DNA of 64,000 nucleotides from Opitutia bacterium (lineage in GTDB: Bacteria > Verrucomicrobiota > Verrucomicrobiia > Opitutales > Opitutaceae): positions 544,001-608,000 of the forward strand of contig CANJVR010000001.1 in assembly GCA_947478395.1 (NCBI GenBank), read 5' to 3'. The position numbers were made by a program, and so were the translations under genes. Each line of letters opens with the position of its first letter. Positions within the stretch are counted from its first letter, which is position 1. Shown in pieces: positions 1 to 11,431 of the stretch. The notes under the pieces are model-generated. The model was given only the letters and a program-made list of their open reading frames with translations, searched no databases and was not told the DNA's origin.

Positions 1-1314
1 GCCCAACCCACCCACCAACCGGGCCGCAAGCAACGCGAGCAACAGACACATCGGCAGCGCAAAGCGCGACGCGATCACGGCATCGAGCGCGCTCCAATAG
101 TAGAACATCAACAGGGCGAGGTTGGCCGCGATCGTCCCGCCAAAAACGACCAGCACCAGCACGCCGGGCGCGAGCGCCGGCCGCGCCGGATTTCTCCACC
201 AACGCACCCCGCCCACCGCGGCCCAGAGAATACCCAGCGCGCCAAGCAGGCTGAGATAAAAAGAATTGGCGAGCGCCGGCGTGCGGTTGAAAAAAAACGC
301 CCAGGCGCCTTCGAGGTTCTCGCGCACATATCCGAGCCCAAAACGCGCCGTCTGTCCCGCCTTGAGCTGCCACAACACCGGCGTCGCTGCCAGCACACGA
401 TTATGCCACGCGTACGGAATCAGCAGCATAGGCGCCACGATCACCGGCCACGGCAGGAGCACCCTTCCCGCCCGCAGCCAGCCCGCGAGCACGACAATCG
501 CCACCGGCACGACAAAGATCACCGACTCATAGCGGCTCTGCGCCAGCAGCACCGCGCCCAACGCCAGCGCGGCGAGCCGGTCCCGGTCCGGCGCGCGCAG
601 ATAGAGCGTGGCCAGCACGCACTCCACGAGAATCAAAGTAAGATTGTGCAACTCCATGCCGGCCCCGCTGGCGTTTTGAGCGAGTAACGGCAGCGTCGCC
701 AACAAACCGAGGCTCAGCAGCGCAGGCCCGCGGCCGGCCAGTTCCCGCGCGAACCAATACGCCAGCGCGAAAAAAATCGGCGTCAGCGCCACGTTTACGA
801 CGAAAATATTGGCCCCGCGAAACCCCGTGAGGTCGTGCAGGAGCGACACGAGAAAGACGAAAAAATACGGCCGCTTGTCCACGAATGCATCGATGGTGAG
901 CCAGGTGCCCTCGATCTCGTACGCGCGCACGGGGGCGCCGTACTCCTTGGTCGCATGCATGTGCTGCGCCGTCGCCTCCAGCACATATTCGTCGAACAAA
1001 ATTTTATGGCCGAATGGATCCGCCGAAAGCGTGAACAACGTCGCCGCCAACAAAACCAAGCCGGCCAGGCCGGGCCGACGAACCCAGCCCACCACCACGT
1101 TCCAGCGCGACTGGACGATGCGCGTGGCATAAAACACGAAGAAGCCAAACACCCCCAAAATGTAATAGTAGGCTCCACCCACGATCCACGCCTTCACTTG
1201 CAGCGGCGTGAAAACGACGAAGCCGAGCACCAGCGCCAGGACCGCGGCGAGCGCGAGCAGGAGTAACCGCGCACGCGCGGAGGGGTCATTGAACAACGAA
1301 AAGAGCGCGCGCAT
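1..1314 (-). CDS. GT-C-like (PMT/ArnT-like) polytopic membrane protein, paralog of 1365-3233; runs off the window start
   Basis: Absent from the ORF track; translated by hand from ATG at 1314: MRALFSLFNDPSARARLL...FGHKILFDEYVLEATAQH...DAFVDKRPYFFVFLVSLLHDLTG...AQSRYES. These blocks match the neighbour (FGFKIVMDEIML, DKRPLFFPFLESLVHDLTG, AQVRYES). Confidence 0.8.
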   Translation of the reverse strand, partial: MRALFSLFNDPSARARLLLLALAAVLALVLGFVVFTPLQVKAWIVGGAYYYILGVFGFFVFYATRIVQSRWNVVVGWVRRPGLAGLVLLAATLFTLSADPFGHKILFDEYVLEATAQHMHATKEYGAPVRAYEIEGTWLTIDAFVDKRPYFFVFLVSLLHDLTGFRGANIFVVNVALTPIFFALAYWFARELAGRGPALLSLGLLATLPLLAQNASGAGMELHNLTLILVECVLATLYLRAPDRDRLAALALGAVLLAQSRYESVIFVVPVAIVVLAGWLRAGRVLLPWPVIVAPMLLIPYAWHNRVLAATPVLWQLKAGQTARFGLGYVRENLEGAWAFFFNRTPALANSFYLSLLGALGILWAAVGGVRWWRNPARPALAPGVLVLVVFGGTIAANLALLMFYYWSALDAVIASRFALPMCLLLALLAARLVGGLG

Positions 1315-1364
1315 CGGTTCAGAATTTTGAATCGAACGACGCAGATTTTACCGGGACGCAGGCT

Positions 1365-3233
1365 TCAAGGCAGCTGCTGCAGAAAATTAGCGATGTAATC
1401 GCGGCGAAGTTTTTCGATTGTCGCGCGATCTTTCGGCACGGGCCGCAACGATGTGTCACCGCTTTTGACGATTTGCTCGCCCGCCCGAATGCTCTTCAAC
1501 CGGCTCATCCGCGTGAGCGTGAGCGCTTGCAGACGTTCCTCGCGCACCGTCTCGAGTTCAAAATCCGGCCCGAGATCGTCGCCTTCACGGTAGGCCATTT
1601 TGCCCGTCGACGGATCGATGTTGAGGCGTTGAAAAACAAATATGTCGGAAAACGTGCGATTGCGCAGATTCCACACCATCATTTCGCGGCGGTTGCGGGC
1701 CTGCTCAATGGGGGTCGCGGAAACCTGATGGGTGATCCAAAGGATCGAGTCGTTGTCGATCACGAGATAATCGCGCCGCGGCTGGTCAGCGATAAAGGCG
1801 CGGCGCCACGCCGTCTCCCGGCCCGGCAAATATTCCTGGCTGTAAGCGTGCGCCGCCATCGAAGGTACGCCTTGGACGAGCACGGCGACCACCGCGACGC
1901 CGAGAAGAATCCGCGCCACCGGGCCGCGCGCGAGCTGCGGCAAAATGGCCAGAATCGCGATCACCATTCCCAAGTGCGTCGGCAGACTGAGGCGACGTAT
2001 AACGGGATCGTCGAAGCGCCCCCAGAAGTAACACATCATCAGCCCAAATTGAGCGATGAACCCGATCGCAAAAAATGAAGTGAGGACCACCGCGGGTGTT
2101 TCGCGCCCCAGCGAACGAAATCGTTTCACCAGCAGCAGCAGAAAAAACGGCACGGCCATCGCACCCAAGGCCGAGAGCAGAAGCGAATTGGGTTGATCGG
2201 TGGCTTTGCCGAAAAAAAATGCCAGCGCGTGGGTGAGATTATCCGGAATATATTCGAATGAAAATGGCTTCGTGTAGCCCGGCTGGCTGAACATCTGCCA
2301 GGACGACCCGCGCAAATCGAATATTCGATGATGCAGCGGATAGTGCACGAACAGCAGCGGAGCGAGCACGACTGGCCACGACATCACCGGCCGTCGCTCG
2401 AGCCACCAGACCCAGCCCACCGTGAGCGCGACGGGCAAAAGATAAACCACCGATTCGTACCGAACTTGCGCCAACAGCAGGCCGGAAAAGAAAAACGCCG
2501 TAAACGTCGCCTCATCGCGTCGGGTCACGAAGCGCACCCCCAGCAGCATCGTGCCAAGAATCATCACCAAGTTGAGCAATTCGAATCCGCCGCCCGTGGC
2601 GTTGTGCGCCAGCAGCGGCAGGCCGGCCCACAAGGCGACGCCAATCCAACCCGCGATCCGGCCGGCCAGCAGTCGGCCCGTGAGATTGACGAGCCAGAGA
2701 AAAATCGCCGTGAGCACGCCATTGAGCAAAAACGCATTGGTCGGCCGGTAGCCGGTCAGGTCATGGACCAGCGACTCGAGAAACGGAAAGAACAGAGGAC
2801 GCTTATCCAGCACGCCATCGATGATCGCGAACGTTCCCTGAATGTCGTTACCGCGAATCGGCGTCAGCGCCGTGCGGTCGAAGTGCATGCTCATCGACGT
2901 GCCGAGCAGCATGATTTCATCCATCACGATTTTGAACCCGAAGCCTTCGTGAACCATCAGTACCGAAACACCGATAGCGATGACTCCCACCGAAGCCCAA
3001 TCCACCGTCCGCCATGACCAAGCCAGTGCTTCGGTCCTAAACCCCAACCACAGAGCGACCGAAAACATCGCAAAGGTCACGAGCATCAGCCAATAGCCGG
3101 CATGCGTGACAAAAACCACCGCGGCCGCGTCGGGCACGAGAGCAAAGCTCAGCGCCAGTGCGAGCAAAGTTGACGCGACAAACAGCCAAAACCGCAGGCC
3201 GAGACTGAGATTTTTCACCAGGGAGGATGACAT
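1365..3233 (-). CDS. GT-C-like polytopic membrane protein (putative glycosyltransferase)
   Basis: Many hydrophobic TM segments, an acidic DE dipeptide in an early loop (KIVMDEIML) and a soluble C-terminal domain. Start taken at ATG 3233 (MSSSLVKN). Confidence 0.65.
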   Translation of the reverse strand: MSSSLVKNLSLGLRFWLFVASTLLALALSFALVPDAAAVVFVTHAGYWLMLVTFAMFSVALWLGFRTEALAWSWRTVDWASVGVIAIGVSVLMVHEGFGFKIVMDEIMLLGTSMSMHFDRTALTPIRGNDIQGTFAIIDGVLDKRPLFFPFLESLVHDLTGYRPTNAFLLNGVLTAIFLWLVNLTGRLLAGRIAGWIGVALWAGLPLLAHNATGGGFELLNLVMILGTMLLGVRFVTRRDEATFTAFFFSGLLLAQVRYESVVYLLPVALTVGWVWWLERRPVMSWPVVLAPLLFVHYPLHHRIFDLRGSSWQMFSQPGYTKPFSFEYIPDNLTHALAFFFGKATDQPNSLLLSALGAMAVPFFLLLLVKRFRSLGRETPAVVLTSFFAIGFIAQFGLMMCYFWGRFDDPVIRRLSLPTHLGMVIAILAILPQLARGPVARILLGVAVVAVLVQGVPSMAAHAYSQEYLPGRETAWRRAFIADQPRRDYLVIDNDSILWITHQVSATPIEQARNRREMMVWNLRNRTFSDIFVFQRLNIDPSTGKMAYREGDDLGPDFELETVREERLQALTLTRMSRLKSIRAGEQIVKSGDTSLRPVPKDRATIEKLRRDYIANFLQQLP

Positions 3234-3371
3234 TAACGAAGATCGAGGCCTGCAGCAGAAAGAAGTAACGCGGGGCAACCTTCAATCGCCGCGAACGCGG
3301 GCATATCTGAAGCGTAAATCTCGCCGGAAACCACGGGGCTAACGTCGCTGGAAGGACTGGCGCGGGGCAAA

Positions 3372-3404
3372 TAAAAAGCCGCCCGAAAAAATCCGGGCGG
3401 CTTT
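3372..3404 (-). terminator. Rho-independent terminator after the pilin gene
   Basis: AAAGCCGCCCG-N8-CGGGCGGCTTT inverted repeat; T-run follows on the minus strand; about 20 nt after the pilin stop. Confidence 0.85.
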
Positions 3405-3423
3405 CGATTAAAATGAGGAACGA

Positions 3424-3780
3424 TTAGGGTAAGTAGGTGATCGTGCGAACGCCGGAGATGCCGCTGACCGTTATCGTTACACCCTGCGTGAAGTTGGCCG
3501 GGTAGGTTTCGCCGGCGACGGTGTTCAGCGACTTCACATAACTCGTGGGACCGACGAGGAGGGCCTGGGTAACGGTGGAGACACCGTGTTCGAGGAAATA
3601 TCGGTCCGCCGCGGCAGACAGCAGGCGCGCATTGTCGAGCACCGCTTTATCCTGGGTGGTTTGGCGGACCTTCTGGAAGGCCGGAATCGCCATGGCGCAC
3701 AGGAGACCCATGATGACGACGACAATCATGAATTCAACAAGGGTGAAGCCCTTGCAGGATTTTTGAGGCATGGTGATCAT
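3424..3780 (-). CDS. Type IV pilin-like protein (prepilin N-terminal cleavage/methylation domain)
   Basis: KG|FTLVEFMIVVVIMGLLCAMAIPAF class III signal with E5; short Ser/Thr-rich C-terminal part. Confidence 0.9.
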   Translation of the reverse strand: MITMPQKSCKGFTLVEFMIVVVIMGLLCAMAIPAFQKVRQTTQDKAVLDNARLLSAAADRYFLEHGVSTVTQALLVGPTSYVKSLNTVAGETYPANFTQGVTITVSGISGVRTITYLP

Positions 3781-3925
3781 AAGTGGTCTGGATAAATAGA
3801 GGAAAAAAACTGCTAGTGATTAGTAATACCTTGGTCCCCAACGAAATCGCAAGGTCTAAAAAAGGTGAACTCCGCCGGTGATGGACATCCGGCTTCGTTC
3901 ACCGAAACCCGCGCCGAACGAGGCC

Positions 3926-4393
3926 TTACGACCGCGTTTTTTTGCGGGAAACCTTCGTGGTTTTCGGTGATTTGGCCGCTCGTTTTTTGGCGGATGGCGT
4001 CGCGATTTTTTTCTTCGGTGAAGCCACCCCGAGCAACTTCGGCACCGATACTTCCTTCGCGTCTTTCCACAAATTTTCGAGCCCGTAACGTTCGCGTTGT
4101 TCGAGCGTGAAGAAATGCAACATGACATCGAACGCATCGATCACCATCCAGCCGCTCTCCTGCGGAATTTCCATGCCGACAATGCGGGCGTTCGCCGCGT
4201 CCAAGGCTCGCTCGGCTTCGACGCGCAAGGCGCGCAGATGCGGCTCCGAAGTCCCGGTGGCCAAGATCAGGAAATCCGTGATCGAGGATTGCTCGCTCAC
4301 ATCGAGCACGCGCAAATCCTCCGCTTTCTTTTCATCGAGGGCTCGGCAGCACAGTTTTACCAACGCGAGCGAGTCGGACTTCTTCAATTTCAT
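3926..4393 (-). CDS. rsfS: Ribosome silencing factor RsfS with Lys-rich C-terminal tail
   Basis: ALDEKKAEDLRVLDV, ITDFLILATGTS, GWMVID, RERYGLENLW motifs; follows nadD as usual. True start ATG 4393. Confidence 0.93.
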   Translation of the reverse strand: MKLKKSDSLALVKLCCRALDEKKAEDLRVLDVSEQSSITDFLILATGTSEPHLRALRVEAERALDAANARIVGMEIPQESGWMVIDAFDVMLHFFTLEQRERYGLENLWKDAKEVSVPKLLGVASPKKKIATPSAKKRAAKSPKTTKVSRKKTRS

Positions 4394-4977
4394 CGAGGGC
4401 CGAGATAAAGACCCTTCTGCCGGATGTAAACAATCGCCTTGTGCGGCACGAAATAATCGAGCGACAAGCGCCGGCGCTCCCGTTCCCGCAGCTCCGTCGA
4501 GCTGATCGCCAGCAAATGGCCGTCGCAACGGCGCAACCGCAGACCGGAAATATCCTCGCGCGGCTTCACCGGATAACCGGGGCGTTCGAGGAAGATAAAC
4601 TCCACCAGCTTCGCCAGCTCAACGATGTCTTTCCAAAGATGCAGCTTCGGCAGTTGGTCGCCGCCGATGATCCAGTAAAGTTCGTCGTCGGGAAAACACG
4701 CGCGAAAATACCGCGCCGAATCGACCGTGTAGCTCACCCCGCCTTTTTTCAGCTCGTAGTCGGAAATCTCGAAGCGCTGATCCCATTCGACCGCCGCGCG
4801 CAACATCGCTAGACGGTCTTCCGCAGACGATTGCATATCGCTGGGTTTGAGCGGCGCCTGGGCGGCCGGCACCAGAAACAAGCGGTCGAGACCGCATTGT
4901 TCATAGGCATCCTGCGCCGCCATCAAATGTCCGAAGTGCACGGGGTCGAAGCTCCCGCCCAAGAATCCGATTTTCAC
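4390..4977 (-). CDS. nadD: Nicotinate-nucleotide adenylyltransferase
   Basis: [11 protein letters not shown] (HxGH), [17 protein letters not shown]. Start GTG 4977; the longer ORF-track start overlaps the tRNA. Confidence 0.95.
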   Translation of the reverse strand: MKIGFLGGSFDPVHFGHLMAAQDAYEQCGLDRLFLVPAAQAPLKPSDMQSSAEDRLAMLRAAVEWDQRFEISDYELKKGGVSYTVDSARYFRACFPDDELYWIIGGDQLPKLHLWKDIVELAKLVEFIFLERPGYPVKPREDISGLRLRRCDGHLLAISSTELRERERRRLSLDYFVPHKAIVYIRQKGLYLGPR

Positions 4978-5104
4978 AGTTTTGGCACCGTTGCCACCGC
5001 CTCCCAGCCCGGCAAGGCCCAATTCCCGGCCGGGGCAAACAACGGACAAGCCGGCACGATGGCGCCGGAATCGATCGGAAATCCGCGCGCCCGAGAGGCG
5101 CGTT

Positions 5105-5190
5105 TGGTGCCCGGGGCCGGAGTCGAACCGGCACGCCTTTTCAGGCAAAGGATTTTAAGTCCCGTGCGTCTGCCATTTCGCCACCCGGGC
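5105..5190 (-). tRNA. tRNA-Leu (anticodon TAA)
   Basis: Minus strand GCCCGGGTGGCGAAATGGCAGACGCACGGGACTTAAAATCCTTTGCCTGAAAAGGCGTGCCGGTTCGACTCCGGCCCCGGGCACCA: long variable arm, TTCGA T-loop, encoded CCA. Confidence 0.95.
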
Positions 5191-5406
5191 GGATGCGCGG
5201 ACACCAGCCAAACCGCCGAAAGCATCCGCCGCCAGAAAATCCGCATCCCTTAAATGCCACCGGACCGACTTCGCCCTCCGCCGCCGCTTTCGATCTGACA
5301 GTTCTCAATTACGCAAAAATTCTCGCGAGCATCAGCCGGGCCCAGTCAAACTCGGGCCAGGATTCACCCCCCGTTTCGTCAGGCAACCCCTTAGTTTCCC
5401 TTCCCC

Positions 5407-7872
<2,466 letters not shown>

Positions 7873-7895
7873 GGGACGGAAAATATTAAAACCTT

Positions 7896-7931
7896 CGAAA
7901 TCGTGAAACGGGAAACCGTTTCACGATTTCG
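7896..7931. terminator. Strong hairpin between convergent hppA and HNH genes (probable terminator)
   Basis: Perfect 16-bp stem CGAAATCGTGAAACGG-GAAA-CCGTTTCACGATTTCG. Confidence 0.75.
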
Positions 7932-7971
7932 TCGTTTTACGTTCTCCCATTCAGAATCGCAGGATCCCCTC

Positions 7972-8589
7972 TCAATCCTCCAATTCCACGTTCCAATAAG
8001 CCACGTCGAGGAAATCCTTCCAGACTTCGTGGTGTTGTTTGCCGAGCACGAGCGAAATTACCGGGCGCCATTTCGGGCGGACCGGTTTGCGGATCAACCG
8101 CATCTGCGCCGCGTGCGGCAGGCGGTTCGCCTTGCGCGAATTGCAGCGGATGCACGAGCACACGATGTTTTCCCACGTCGTTTTGCCGCCGGCATCGCGC
8201 GGAATCACATGGTCGAGATTGAGCTGCTCGCGTGGTAATACCTTCGAGCAATACTGGCAGGTATTCTTGTCCCGCTCGAAAACATTGCTGCGGGTCAGCT
8301 TCAGCTCCTTGCACGGCAACTTGTCGAAAAACGTCAAAAGAATCACCCGCGGCAACCGGATCGTGCGCGTCGGCGTGCGGACCGTCTCCAACGCCACGAG
8401 CGGTGGATTGCTGACCGAGAAATCGATCCAATCCATCATTGAGAACATCCGGAAGTCGTCGTCGTGATGGTGGACGACGTGCGCATGCCCCCGGGCCAAA
8501 AGAGCGAAAGCGCGACGTGCACCGATGACGTTCACCGCCTGCCACAGGCGATTTAATACCAACACCGGTTGATCGAGAGCGATCTCCAT
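7972..8589 (-). CDS. HNH endonuclease family protein
   Basis: VLVLN N-terminus, RDKNTCQYC, LDHVIPRDAGGKTTWENIVCSCIRCNSRK (Zn-finger HNH). Start ATG 8589. Confidence 0.88.
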   Translation of the reverse strand: MEIALDQPVLVLNRLWQAVNVIGARRAFALLARGHAHVVHHHDDDFRMFSMMDWIDFSVSNPPLVALETVRTPTRTIRLPRVILLTFFDKLPCKELKLTRSNVFERDKNTCQYCSKVLPREQLNLDHVIPRDAGGKTTWENIVCSCIRCNSRKANRLPHAAQMRLIRKPVRPKWRPVISLVLGKQHHEVWKDFLDVAYWNVELED

Positions 8590-8681
8590 ACGGGGACATC
8601 GCAATAGCCGTGCCACTCTGCCGCTGTCAAGCGGCGGGCCGTGACGATCACGTGGATTCGTCCACGAGAGATCGATCCGAC

Positions 8682-8783
8682 GTAGCGGCAGGCGTCCCTG
8701 CATGCCGAAATGAGGCAGGCGAACCCGGCAGGCAGGGACGCCTGCCGCTACACCAAACGGCCACGGAAAAACTTAAACTGCCT
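8682..8783 (+). repeat. GTAG-REP doublet plus right end of MITE-like element (family A, copy 1)
   Basis: GTAGCGGCAGGCGTCCCTGC...GCAGGGACGCCTGCCGCTAC, then AAACGGCCACGGAAAAACTTAAACTG; homologous to 22804-22939 and 60777-60913. Confidence 0.8.
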
Positions 8784-10567
8784 CAGTCCCGCTCCTGCCC
8801 CGTCGCCACCGAGGGCACAAGTGACTCACCTTTGACGCGAATGCCCGTGAGTTTCTCGACGACGAACAGCGCTTGGTCCGACGCCACGTCGACGAGCGTA
8901 TGTCGCTGATGAATGTCGATCGCGCCCACGATGCTGGCGGGCAGACGCGTCACGCCGGCAATTTTCCCGACGACATCCGCCGGCGTCACCAGATTCTTCC
9001 GTCCGACGTTAAGAAAGATGGTCGTGAAACCCTGCTCCCGACCCGTGCGAGCTTCCGGCTGAAAACCGTCGACCTGGTCGCGCGGAGCGCCTGGGCCCGA
9101 TGAAAACTCCGCGACCGGCGCTTCACGCTCGCGCTGCGGCGCCGCAACCCCGCCCGCTTTCTTTGCCGCCCACGCCGGGGCGTCGTTCTTCCGCTCCGAC
9201 TTTGCCCCGGCCTTCATTGCGGAGCCGGTGGAGGACGGTGCCGATGCCGCCGCCGGACCGCCGGTGGGCCCGCCCGCTGGGCCGCCTTGCAGGAGATGAA
9301 TCAACGCCGAGCAGATGTCCGTGCTCATGTAGCCCTGTTCGAGCAACCGATCGATCATGCGATCCTGCTTCCGGAATTTTCCCGCGTTCAGCGTGTCACG
9401 CAGTTTTTCGAAAAACACGTTCTCGCGCGCTTCCTCGACTTGGTCGAGCGACGGAATGTTTTCACGGCGAATCTTCAGCTTCGCATAACGAATCATGCTC
9501 TGGAGCATCCAGAGCTCCCGACCGGAAACGAAAGTGAAAGCCCGGCCTGATTTGCCCGCGCGGCCCGTGCGGCCAATCCGGTGAGTGTAATCTTCCGCGT
9601 CGTTCGGCAGGTCGTAATTGAAAACGACCTCAAGGTCGTCGACGTCGAGTCCGCGCGCGGCAACATCGGTCGCGACGAGAAACTCGAAGCCCCGCCGGCG
9701 GAATTTCTCCATCACGCGGTTGCGCTGCATCTGCGTGATGTCGCCGTGCAGCCGGTCCACCGCGTAGCCGCGCGCCGCGAGATTTTCCGCGAGTTCGTCG
9801 CACATGATCTTCGTGCTGCAAAAAATAATCCCGAAGCGGAAATCATGCACATCGATCAGCCGCGTGAGCGCCTCGATTTTAGAACGGCGGTCGACCTCGA
9901 AATAAACCTGGTCCACCTGCGGCGCGTTCTGCGCGGTGGACTCGACCTTGATCCACGCCGGGTCGCGGCTAAAGCGTTTGATCAGGTCCTGAATGGCGCG
10001 CGGCATCGTCGCCGAGAAAAACAACAGCTGCCGCGTCTCCGGCACGGCCGAGAGAATCTTCTCGATGTCGTCGCGGAAACCCATGTCGAGCATCCGGTCG
10101 GCCTCGTCGAGAATCACCATCTTCAGCTTGTCGAGTTTCAGCGAGCCCCGCTCCATATGATCCATCAACCGCCCGGGTGTGCCGATGACGATCTGGGCGC
10201 CGGCGTCGAGCCCCCGGAATTGGCGCTCATAACTTTGCCCGCCGTAAACCGGCAGTTCGCGCAGGCCGCGTTTGAAGAACGCCAGTTTTGCCACCTCCTC
10301 CGCGACCTGGACGGCCAATTCGCGCGTGGGCAGGAGGATCAGCACCTGCACCGCCTTGCTGTGCGTATCAACTTTATCGATCGCCGGAAGGGCGAACGCC
10401 GCGGTCTTACCCGAGCCCGTCGAGGACTGCCCGACGACATCGCGCCCCGTGAGGACCGTCGGAATCACCGCGGTCTGAATCGGCGAAGCCTCCTCGAAAC
10501 CCATTTTTTCCACGGCCTTGAGGGCTTCAGGCGAGAGACCGAGTTCGGAGAAGAGACGTTTATCCAT
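8783..10567 (-). CDS. deaD: DEAD-box RNA helicase (DeaD/CsdA-like, with DbpA-type RNA-binding domain)
   Basis: Q motif GFEEASPIQ, STGSGKT, PTRELA, LDEADRM, SAT, HRIGRTGRAG; C-terminal IFLNVGRK...GAIDIH domain. Confidence 0.88.
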   Translation of the reverse strand: MDKRLFSELGLSPEALKAVEKMGFEEASPIQTAVIPTVLTGRDVVGQSSTGSGKTAAFALPAIDKVDTHSKAVQVLILLPTRELAVQVAEEVAKLAFFKRGLRELPVYGGQSYERQFRGLDAGAQIVIGTPGRLMDHMERGSLKLDKLKMVILDEADRMLDMGFRDDIEKILSAVPETRQLLFFSATMPRAIQDLIKRFSRDPAWIKVESTAQNAPQVDQVYFEVDRRSKIEALTRLIDVHDFRFGIIFCSTKIMCDELAENLAARGYAVDRLHGDITQMQRNRVMEKFRRRGFEFLVATDVAARGLDVDDLEVVFNYDLPNDAEDYTHRIGRTGRAGKSGRAFTFVSGRELWMLQSMIRYAKLKIRRENIPSLDQVEEARENVFFEKLRDTLNAGKFRKQDRMIDRLLEQGYMSTDICSALIHLLQGGPAGGPTGGPAAASAPSSTGSAMKAGAKSERKNDAPAWAAKKAGGVAAPQREREAPVAEFSSGPGAPRDQVDGFQPEARTGREQGFTTIFLNVGRKNLVTPADVVGKIAGVTRLPASIVGAIDIHQRHTLVDVASDQALFVVEKLTGIRVKGESLVPSVATGQERD

Positions 10568-10672
10568 ACCCTAAACTAGACACGGCTTGGGGCGAAAGAG
10601 AGACAAAAGCGCGGCCCGCGCTTGTCGGCCGCTGGCCGAGATTCGTAAAATAGCTATCGGCTCAGCGCTTGA

Positions 10673-11413
10673 TCACTCGAAGGGGGCCCGGCTCACGTCG
10701 AGATCAGGCTTGGTGTTCCAGCGCGGTTTCCAGCCTGGTTTCTCGATACGCGTCCGAAAAATGACGGTGTTGTCGAGATCGAGATCACCGCTCCAAATAA
10801 ATTTCGCGCCTTTGAAATCCGCGGCGTAGAACGTTTCCTTCGGTCCAACGCGCTCCTCGGGATATTCCGTCGCATTCGACCAAGCGCTGTCGTCGAACGT
10901 CACCGTCCACCACTTTTCGGGGATTGGGGTGTGTTCGACCTTGGGATTTTTCACGTCGCGGTCGAGCGGGCCCTTAAAGAAACTCTGCACCTTCCAGGTC
11001 GCATTTGAGACGGTGCCGTCAGCGAATTTGATGATGAAGCCGCCATCGCCGATGTGATCCCCGTACTCCAGACCGGTCTTCGGATCGGCGTTGTCCTTCA
11101 CCATCACGGCAATCGTCATCGGATATTCCGGCAAAATATCCACGGCCACGACGTTGTGCGGCGTGAACGGGATGGAATCAACGGCCGTCAGCCTTCCGTT
11201 GATAAACAGCACGAACCAGTTGTCCGCGTACACGTTCACTTTGATCGTGTCTGCCATCGTCGGCTTGATCAGACCATTGTCGTCCGGAGAACCCTTTCGG
11301 CCCGGACCGCCACGACGCGGCGGACCCGGCGGACGGTCCTGAGCCAACGTGAGGGCGACCAACCCGCCCGTAAGGGCGACAAGAGCGAATACGCGTAAGA
11401 CGGAATGCTTCAT
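10673..11413 (-). CDS. Secreted hypothetical protein (beta-rich, lectin-like)
   Basis: Signal peptide, G/P/R-rich N-tail, YADNWFVLFING, FDDSAW, AKFIWSGDLDLDN. Last gene of the operon. Confidence 0.6.
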   Translation of the reverse strand: MKHSVLRVFALVALTGGLVALTLAQDRPPGPPRRGGPGRKGSPDDNGLIKPTMADTIKVNVYADNWFVLFINGRLTAVDSIPFTPHNVVAVDILPEYPMTIAVMVKDNADPKTGLEYGDHIGDGGFIIKFADGTVSNATWKVQSFFKGPLDRDVKNPKVEHTPIPEKWWTVTFDDSAWSNATEYPEERVGPKETFYAADFKGAKFIWSGDLDLDNTVIFRTRIEKPGWKPRWNTKPDLDVSRAPFE

Positions 11414-11431
11414 GGAGAAAAAGCGGGTGCT

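Noticed and set aside
3424..5190. bldA-like control of the pilin locus by the neighbouring tRNA-Leu(TAA)
   Set aside because: The pilin and first GT gene each contain a TTA codon, but TTA also occurs in other genes (e.g. hppA, GH28), so no enrichment can be shown by eye.
7972..10567. HNH nuclease next to a helicase as an anti-phage system
   Set aside because: The helicase is a housekeeping DeaD-type RNA helicase and the HNH is the common standalone type; they are separated by a repeat.
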